Assembly (NCBI RefSeq): GCF_009914755.1
Contig: NC_060947.1
Reading direction: 5' to 3' (one strand)
From: the human T2T-CHM13v2.0 reference genome, Homo sapiens
DNA: 64,000 nt
The notes beneath the pieces were generated by a model. It ran no database searches and had not been told where the DNA came from. It saw only the letters and a list, made by a program, of their open reading frames with translations. Positions 55,001 through 64,000 of the stretch are shown piece after piece; the stretch's first letter is position 1, and each line of letters begins with the position of its first letter. A program made the translations under genes and the position numbers.

Positions 55001-56510
55001 TTCTAATTCTGTGAAGAAAGTAGCTTGATGGAGATTTCATGTGGAACCAAAAAAGAGCCCATATATCCAAGACAATCCTAAGCAACAAGAACAAAGCTGG
55101 AGGCATCATACTACCTGACTTCAAACTATAAAGGCTACAGTAAGCAAAACAGCATGGTACTATTACCAAAACAGATATATAGACCAATGGAACACAACAG
55201 AGGCATCAGAAATAATGCCACACATTTACCACCATCTGGTCTTTGACAAACCTAACAAAAACAAGCAATAGGGAAAGGATTCCCTATTTAATAAGTGGTG
55301 TTGGGAAAACTGGCTAGCCACATGCAGAAAACCGGACCACTTACTTACACCTTATACAAAATTAACTCAAGATGGATTAAAGACTTAAATGTAAGATCTA
55401 AAACTATGAAAACTCTAGAAGAAAACCTAGGCAATACCACTCAGGACGTAGGCATAGGCAAAGACTTCATGACTAAAATACCAAAAGCAACGGCAACAAA
55501 AGCCAAAATGGGATCTAATTAAATGAAAGAGCTTCTGCACAGCAAAAGAAACTATCATCAGAGTGAACAGACAACCTACAGAATGGGAGAAAATTTTTGC
55601 AATCTATCCATCTGACAAAGGTCTAATATCCAGAATCTACAAGGAACTTAAACAAATTTACAAGAAAAAAAACAACCCCATCAAAAAGTGGGTGAAGGAT
55701 ATGAACAGACACTTCTCAAAAGAAGACATTTATGCAGCCAGCAAACATATGAAAAAAACCTCATCATCACTGTCATTAGAGAAATGCAAACCAAAACTAC
55801 AATGAGATACCATCTCACTCCAGTTAGAATGGCAATCATTAAAAAGCCAGGAAACAACAGATGCTAGAGAAGATGTGGAGAAATAGGAACACTTTCACAC
55901 TGTTGGTGGGAGTGTAAATTAGTTCAACCATTGTGGAAGACAGTGTGGCGATTCCTCAAGGATCTAGATCTAGAACCAAAAATACCATTTGACCCAGCAA
56001 TCCCATTACTGGGTATATACCCAAAGGATTATAAATCATTCTACTAAAAGACACACGTACACGTATGTTTATTGCGGCACTATTCACAATAGCAAAGACT
56101 TGGAACCAACCCAAAATGACAGACTGGATAAAGAAAATGTGGCATGTATACACCATGGAATACTATACAGCCATAAGAAAGGATGAGTTCATGTCCTTTG
56201 CAGGGACATAGATGAAGCTGGAAACCATCATTCTCAGCAAACTAACAGGGAACAGAAAACCAAACACCATGTGTTCTCACTCATAAGTGGGAGTTGAACA
56301 ATGAAAGCACATGGACACAGGGAGGGGAACATCACACATTGGGGCCTGTTGGGGGTTGGGGGGGCTAGAGGAGGGATAGCATTAGGAGAAATACCTAATG
56401 CAGATGATGGGTTGATGGGTGCAGCAAAACACCATGGCACACGTAATACCTATGTAACCAACCTGCACATTCTGCAAATGTATCCCAGAACTTAAGGTAT
56501 AATAAAAAAA
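55001..56510 (+). mobile_element. L1PA7/8-like 3' 1.5 kb with ~33-bp 5' inversion
   Basis: ORF2 end and 3'UTR on plus from 55034; 55001-55033 is antisense L1; TSD AAAAATTACAAATTCT (54985) / AAAAATTATAAGTTCT (56507). Confidence 0.9.
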
Positions 56511-57206
56511 ATTATAAGTTCTGATTCTTTTATTCAAAAGGTCATACTCTAATAGAAAATTGTATCTATACTAGGTTTAAAACTGTTTATTTATGATATA
56601 AATATAAACAAGGACTGGAAAGGAATGTGGGAAAATAAAAATAGTTGATTTGTTAGAATAGAAGGATTGTAGCTGATTCTTTTTTCTAGTTATATTTGTA
56701 GAATAAATAAATCTTTTAAAAGTTTTTGTTTCAACTGATTCAACTTTATTTTCCTTGGACAAGAAACATATTTATAGCTTTCAAGTAAATTGGTGTAATA
56801 TCAATATCTAAACAGAATGACATTGATTTCTTTTTGTAGGATCTCAGTTTCTCAAAGAATACCTTAGGGAACTCTTTTGGCAACTCTGTGTAGTTATGCC
56901 GTCTGGATGACACAAATGTGTTGAACACTGATTCCCAGAAGTATATACTGGTTTCTTCCCCAAGAGGCCTGTGTGCCTACCTGATGCTGAAAATTGGTAG
57001 CTACTTGGCATAGGAGCTGTATTGCATAGTCAAAACTCACGTTCCATAAGTATCATTTGCGCTAATGATTGACTGTCAAACATTAAGATATGTTGATCTT
57101 AATGTCTTTGGCAATGAGTGCTTAGGGGAAAAAAAAACTTGTCAGTAGACTACCACTAGAATCACCTTAATTTTACACTCATGACCTTTGATAAGGACTG
57201 TTATAA

Positions 57207-58075
57207 TGTAATATTTTTATCAGTTATTTATCACTGCATAACAACCTGCCTCAAAACTTATTGGTTTAAATACGCAAATATGTCTTATGTCTCAAGATTC
57301 TATGAGTTTCCTAAGATAATTTTCTGGACTGGGTTGGTTTAATTAAAGTCTGCTCTGCTCACTGATGTGTCTCTCTTCAGGCAGTGGGTTAGCCGACACC
57401 TGGATGTTCTAGGATGGCCTCATTTCACATGTCTAGCACTTGTCAGACTTATTAAATGGGGCACATTGGTTATCTTCTGTAGTGGATGCTATGGCATGCA
57501 ACCTAGATCCTCCTCTACAGGGCCAAGACAATTTTCCCACAGTGTCTAGAAGTGTTGCGAGCTGACAATTTACTACTGTGCCCTTACCCCAATTATTGCC
57601 AAAAGTTGCTGCATAGCCCAAGATCATATTACCTCACTGAGAGACACCCTCATTCTATTACTGGTTCTTGCAAAGAGAAAACGCCTAGACCCTTTGCCCA
57701 ACTTGGTACAACTTTGAATAACCATCTCAGTTCTAGAGCTTCCCAAGGAATCAGCTGAGACCTTCATCTCAACTGTGTTGCAGCCCAACTTTATCTTGTG
57801 GCCAGTCCTATATTTGTTATTGCCTCACAGTTGTTGCCAACAGTGCTTTCAAAAGCTTCCTGCTTGGAAATCTCCATCCCAGAATCTATTTTCTAGGGAA
57901 CGTCACCTAAGACATCTTTATGTGGTTTCTCATCCTCTAGCAGACTTTCAGTCTCATTCATCTCAGGGTTGTTACAGGGTTCCCAAGTGCTTAAAGAAGC
58001 CATGTCTTTTGAAGACTGGGATCAGAACCTGCCCAATTTCTCTTCTGTCACATTATTTCGGTCAGTCTTACCAGT
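57207..58075. mobile_element. MLT1-type LTR with nested LTR16-like element (~57553-57913)
   Basis: TATCAGTTATTTATCACTGCATAACAACC...; inner block ends CTAGGGAACGTCACCTAAGACA. Confidence 0.55.
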
Positions 58076-58105
58076 TGTTAAAATAAATTTGAAAGGGTTA
58101 AGTAA

Positions 58106-58963
<858 letters not shown>

Positions 58964-61900
58964 TTAATTAATCTTAATACTGCTGATGATGATGCTTTTT
59001 CGAAGGTTATTTTCTGCCAGGCATGATTCTAAGCACTATATTTATAATGACTTATTTATTATTACAGCCTTATATGGTAAATACTGTAGTTATCCTTTTT
59101 ACAGATGAAGAAACAGTGAAGTTTCATCATATATTTCCCTCAAATAAGCTAAATGTACCACATGAAATCTATGAAATACCCCCGCCTTTCCTAATGTGAA
59201 GATGGGTGATGTGGTTCTGTGATGTACAGAGCAATCAATCAATTGGCTGACTTCATATTTGGGATTTAAATCATTGAACAATGCTGATGCTAGTGAGAAG
59301 TTTCATTAACTCGAGAATTTTATTAAGTGAGTGAGACTTGGAAGTAAAGAGTGAGAGGGCTCACATCTCCCAGTTTTTATTTGGACTCTACAAATGTTGT
59401 GGACTTCAGCGTGCTTGTGCTCATGAATCCCTACTATATTTTATTCACTGAGGGATTCCCACGCTGAAATAATTTCAACTGAAGAATTTGTCTGGTGTGG
59501 TCAAACTGCCCGTTGTGCATCAGAGCAGGCATTTTAAGCATCAAGCCAGCTTATATTTGAATAAAGGTGGATCTACTTACTGATCCCATGCATTTATGCT
59601 GTCTGCCTTTTATTTTAATGATTGCTTTTCCCCAACCTCCTTTGATAATCAGAAGCTATTTTTATGGCTACTCAAATATTATTGAGGCAGCATAGATTTA
59701 GCATAAAACTTTCTACAGCTAAGAACTGTCTCCTCATTCCTCTAACATAAAAATGCAGAAACTATTACTAAGGGAATGTGAGAGCAATGTTGCAACATTT
59801 TCACTCCACAGCATGACCGGATGGCAGTTTGGTCTGACTGGCTGCGTGGGTATTCCCTTTCTCCCTCACTATTCAATATACAATTGACTAAGGGGCTGAC
59901 CTTTCCATATGGTAAAGATTGCTATTTGGTTATGGAAATGCAAGTTGCTGTCCTCTTGTGCTGGAATTTTTAAACAAGCTTCTAGAGAACATAAAGGGCA
60001 TCTTAAATGCCCTACAATTACAGCATATGTAATTTTCACCACTGAGATATTGTAAGTAGCCTAGAGTTGTCTTTGTGGATTCTCAACCTGAAGCTCCAAC
60101 ACTTCACTGTCACTTGTACTATAGTTAGAACACTAAAAATATAATTCATAATGTAAACATATGTTCAGTTTATCCTTAATAAAATCAAAAAAGAAGTCAT
60201 CTTCCAAAATGGGCCACTGTTCAGTCGCATTCTTTACAAGCTGGTCTACAATGCATTATCATAAAATTTTGGCTCAGAAGAGGAATTGTAGTCTACTTTC
60301 TCTAAACTGCAGTCATTGACTTAAAATATCATAAGTATGCTCCAGGGACAGTTAGTAAAATTATTAATGGAAGGCGACTGAGCACCTATAAAGTTTGAAA
60401 GGTTCCCCAATGAATAGCAGCTAGCCAAATCAGAATATTAATTTTTATTGTATTTATGACTTATTGAGCATATTAAATAAACAGAGCTCAATGTTAGGCT
60501 CCTGACCTCAGTATTATTATTGATATTACTTACAGGGTAAGATTTTCATTCAGGGAAATTATTTTGATTAATTTCTTTGTTGACTAAGAAAAGATTCTCA
60601 TTTCCCACTTCCAGAGTTGCTACTTCATTTACTTCAGTTGGCAGTAGAAAAGGTGATTAAATTGTTGACCACTCATGTTCTCTTTTGTAGCATATTTGAG
60701 TTTGTCTACTTCAAAAAGTAGAACAGGAGCATAATCTTGGTGACAGAGTTTCTGGGATCTGTAGCTACGCATCTCCTCAGGTCATTGCTTATTGTATCTG
60801 CCTGACTCAGGGAAAGTTCCACCACACTGAATGTTGCCAAGCCACAAACTGATAGAACACCACCATTTTCGTCGATAGAGCAATTTGCTAAAAAGTCTTT
60901 CAGCAAATGATTTGTTATAACTGAGCCTAAATGTACAGAACACCCTGGGCTTCTATTTGTTTTTACCTTATGCAATTGTGTTGTCAAATAATAGTTAGAT
61001 AAATTAATATCAGTTCTTAAAAATTGCCTCAAATAAGACGAAACAAAGACCTTACAGCAGTTTACAGCAGTTTGTTCTCTACTCTTAAGTCCTCCATTTC
61101 TACAGATGACATTCTGTTCCAAGAGAATTAAAATCAAACCATCAGGTAATTGTATCTATATACAAAGTTATTTTCTTCCATATTCAAATCCCTTTGAAAT
61201 TGTCTTCCCTTTAGCACTTAGTTTCTAATTAAGCGTGTCTTTGGTACAAACTTGAAATCATCGTTAAATTGCCACAGATGGTTCTGCCTTGTTCACATTT
61301 TTTCCTCAGTCTTTCCCTTGATGTAGCTAGGAGCTAGCTTTCTGCTTTGATTTACCTTAGATTTTAAGAAGTTAGAAATGCACATATCATTTTACTCCAT
61401 AAACTGGACTAAATGGCTTTTCCTTCTCAGAATTCCTTGGAGGATCTTTGTTAACATCAGTTTGTGTCGCTATTTCTAGTCATATGGCATGTGAATTATT
61501 TTCCTAAAATGTGTTTAAACTGATATGGTCCTCACAATCAACTGAAGGTATTTATCAAGATCATTAAAATAAATCCATATGTTATCCATTCATCTGCATA
61601 GATATTTCAAATGGATATGTTTTAGTCAACATTTTAAGCCATTTCCCTAACATTCCACCTTGCTATGCAACTGTAAACCTGAGTGCTCTACAAATAGCCA
61701 TACGCACACAAAAGGGATTTTCAAATGCCAGTGCTGATGTTTGTAATAAGTTTTCCCCAGTTTGTGTGCAAAATTGTATTTGTTTTATGTGCTGGGTAGC
61801 TAGTGGAATTTCCTTCCAAATGTCTGTAGTAAAAGAGCCACCTCTTGAGTTAAGCTGTGAATTTTTTAAAGAGGGAACTCTCATTAACCTTGATTATGGA

Positions 61901-62504
61901 CCCACAAGATCCAGCCTAATGCTGTGGACTCTGAGTACATTTTTGGTGAATTACAGACGGATTATCTGTGAAAAGCACAGGCTGTGAAGAGACTGTTAAT
62001 TAGGGATTAAATTGTATAACTGATTACATCATATTTAATAAGTTTTATGAAATCCAGTTTGATTGAAAAGATATACCAGTGCCACTTAAAAATGAACAAC
62101 ACTATATAAACCATAATAGGAGGTAAACATGAATGCAAACAGTCCAGAAGAAATGCAGCATCAGATTGTGAACAATTGAAAACTTGGACTTCCCATGCTT
62201 GGCATGTGCCTTACTTCTGTCTCCTTTCTCATCATATGGAGAAGAATTAAGTTAAAGAAGGGAAACTGCATGGAAGGTGATGTCCTTATTCTTGTTCACT
62301 TTGTGGTTATTATTCTTGCCCACTTCTGGTTTACCTTGCTCCTTGTAAGCACCTGCATAGCATTTTATGTTTTAGAAATTAAAATTGGACTTTGGGAATT
62401 ATAGTTGGGAAATTATTTTCATCTTTCTTAACTTACTTGATCTTCATCAGAACCATATGATTTAGATAGTTATAGTAGTCGTTGTAGTAGTAGTAGTAGC
62501 AGCA

Positions 62505-64000
62505 GCACTAATAGCAGCAGTAATGATATAATCCTTATAAAGCACATTCTATATGCCAAACACTGTTTTAAGCACTTTACATATACTAAGTCAAACATCA
62601 TATCAACCTTAAGGGTTAGGTTCTATTTATATTACTACTTTTAAAGATCATAAAGCCAAGTGATGGAATGGTCAAGCATCATGCCCAAGGGCATAGGACT
62701 GGTGATTGGAGAGTCAGAATTCAAATCTAGGAAGTTTGATTCTTAACCAGTTAATCACTTGGCCAAAATTATTTATTTGTTCATTTACTCAGGAATTATT
62801 TGCCAAGTACATACTGTATGCCAGACATTCCTCAAGGCTTTGGAGATATAGCAATGAACAAACCATGTTGTTCTCCTCTTACAAGGTGCTTTCCTTCTTG
62901 AAGGGAGAGATACAATAAGCAAAAAGGGAAATTTCAGTTAGTAATACATTATATAAGAAAAATAGGCCAGGCATGGTGGTTCGTACCTATAATCCCAACA
63001 CTTTGGGAGGCCGAGATGGGAGGATTGCTTGGGCTTAGGTGTTTGAGAGCCACTTGGGCAACACAGCAAGACTTTGTGGCTACAACAAAACAAAACAAAA
63101 CAAAACAAACGAAACAAAACTGGGCGTGGCAGCATGTGCCTGTAGTCTCAGCTACTCAGGAGGCTGAGGCGGGAGGATAACTTCAAAGCCCAGGGGTTTG
63201 AGTATGCTGTGGAAAATGATCACGCCACTGTACTCCAGCCTGGGCAACAGAACGAGCCCCTGTCTCAACATAAAAACAAAAAAAAAGAAGGTTGTGTGAA
63301 AGAGTGATGGGGGTGGAGCTACTTACTTATGTTTTTATTGAGGTATAACTCACAATTTAAAATTGCATATATTTAAGGTGTGCAAACTCATTATTTGATA
63401 TACACTTACATTGTGAAATAATCACCAAAAATAAGCTAATTAATATATCTATCACCTCACATAGTTGCCATTTGCTTGTGTGTGTATGGTGACAACACTT
63501 ATTGACCTAACCTTTTATCAAATGTCAATTATACAATACAGCATTAACTATTATATTGTTGTACATTCGATCTCCAGAACTTATTCACTTATTCATCCTG
63601 TGTAACTGAAACTTTGTACCCCTTGACCAACATACCCTATTTCCCTTTCTCACTGGCTCCAACACTATTCACAATAGCCAAGATGTGGAAACAACCTAAA
63701 TGTCCATTGTATTAGTGTGTTTTCACACTACTATAAAGAACTACCTGAGACTTGGTAATTTATGGAGAAAAGATGTTTAATTGACCCACAGTTGTGCAGG
63801 CTTAACAGGAAACATGACTGGGAGGCCTCAAGAAACTTACAGTCATGGCAGAAGGTGAAGGGGAGGCAAGCATGTTTTACCATGGAGGAACAGGAGAGAG
63901 AGAGAGAAAGGGAGAAGTGCCACACACTTTCAGACAGCCAGATGTAATGAGATCTCACTCACTATCATGCAAACAGCAAGGGGGAAATCTGCCCCCATGA
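62505..64000. repeat. Right arm of inverted duplication (MIR, L2, AluJ 62965-63286, L1MA, MSTA 63708-64000); runs to window end
   Basis: Reverse complement of 41798-43286; ORFs 42873(-) and 62706(+) give near-identical peptides. Confidence 0.97.

Overview
AT-rich, CpG-poor primate (human-like) genomic DNA with no CpG island and no recognisable intact protein-coding gene, RNA gene or CRISPR array. A large part of the window is interspersed repeats: Alu/FLAM, L1s of many ages (including a decayed full-length L1PA15/16-like copy at ~45056-51520), a full-length Tigger1 (13835-16234), THE1/MST/MLT1 LTR elements, MER58A/MER91A, MIR and L2. The identifiable ORFs in the track are Alu, L1, Tigger1, THE1 or microsatellite artefacts; the rest are short and unrecognised. 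The most notable structure is a recent inverted duplication: 41798-43286 and 62505-64000 (running off the window end) are about 98% identical reverse complements around a 19.2 kb spacer, a layout that can produce inversions by NAHR. Other points are two clear twin-primed (5'-inverted) L1s plus an older probable one, a THE1 provirus with an amputated 3' LTR, a 190-bp tandem duplication in an L1 5'UTR, a closely spaced inverted Alu pair, and a chain of candidate plus-strand exons in the first 12.3 kb. I see no evidence of a new protein-based system. Repeat subfamily names come from recalled consensus sequences and need RepeatMasker/Dfam confirmation.
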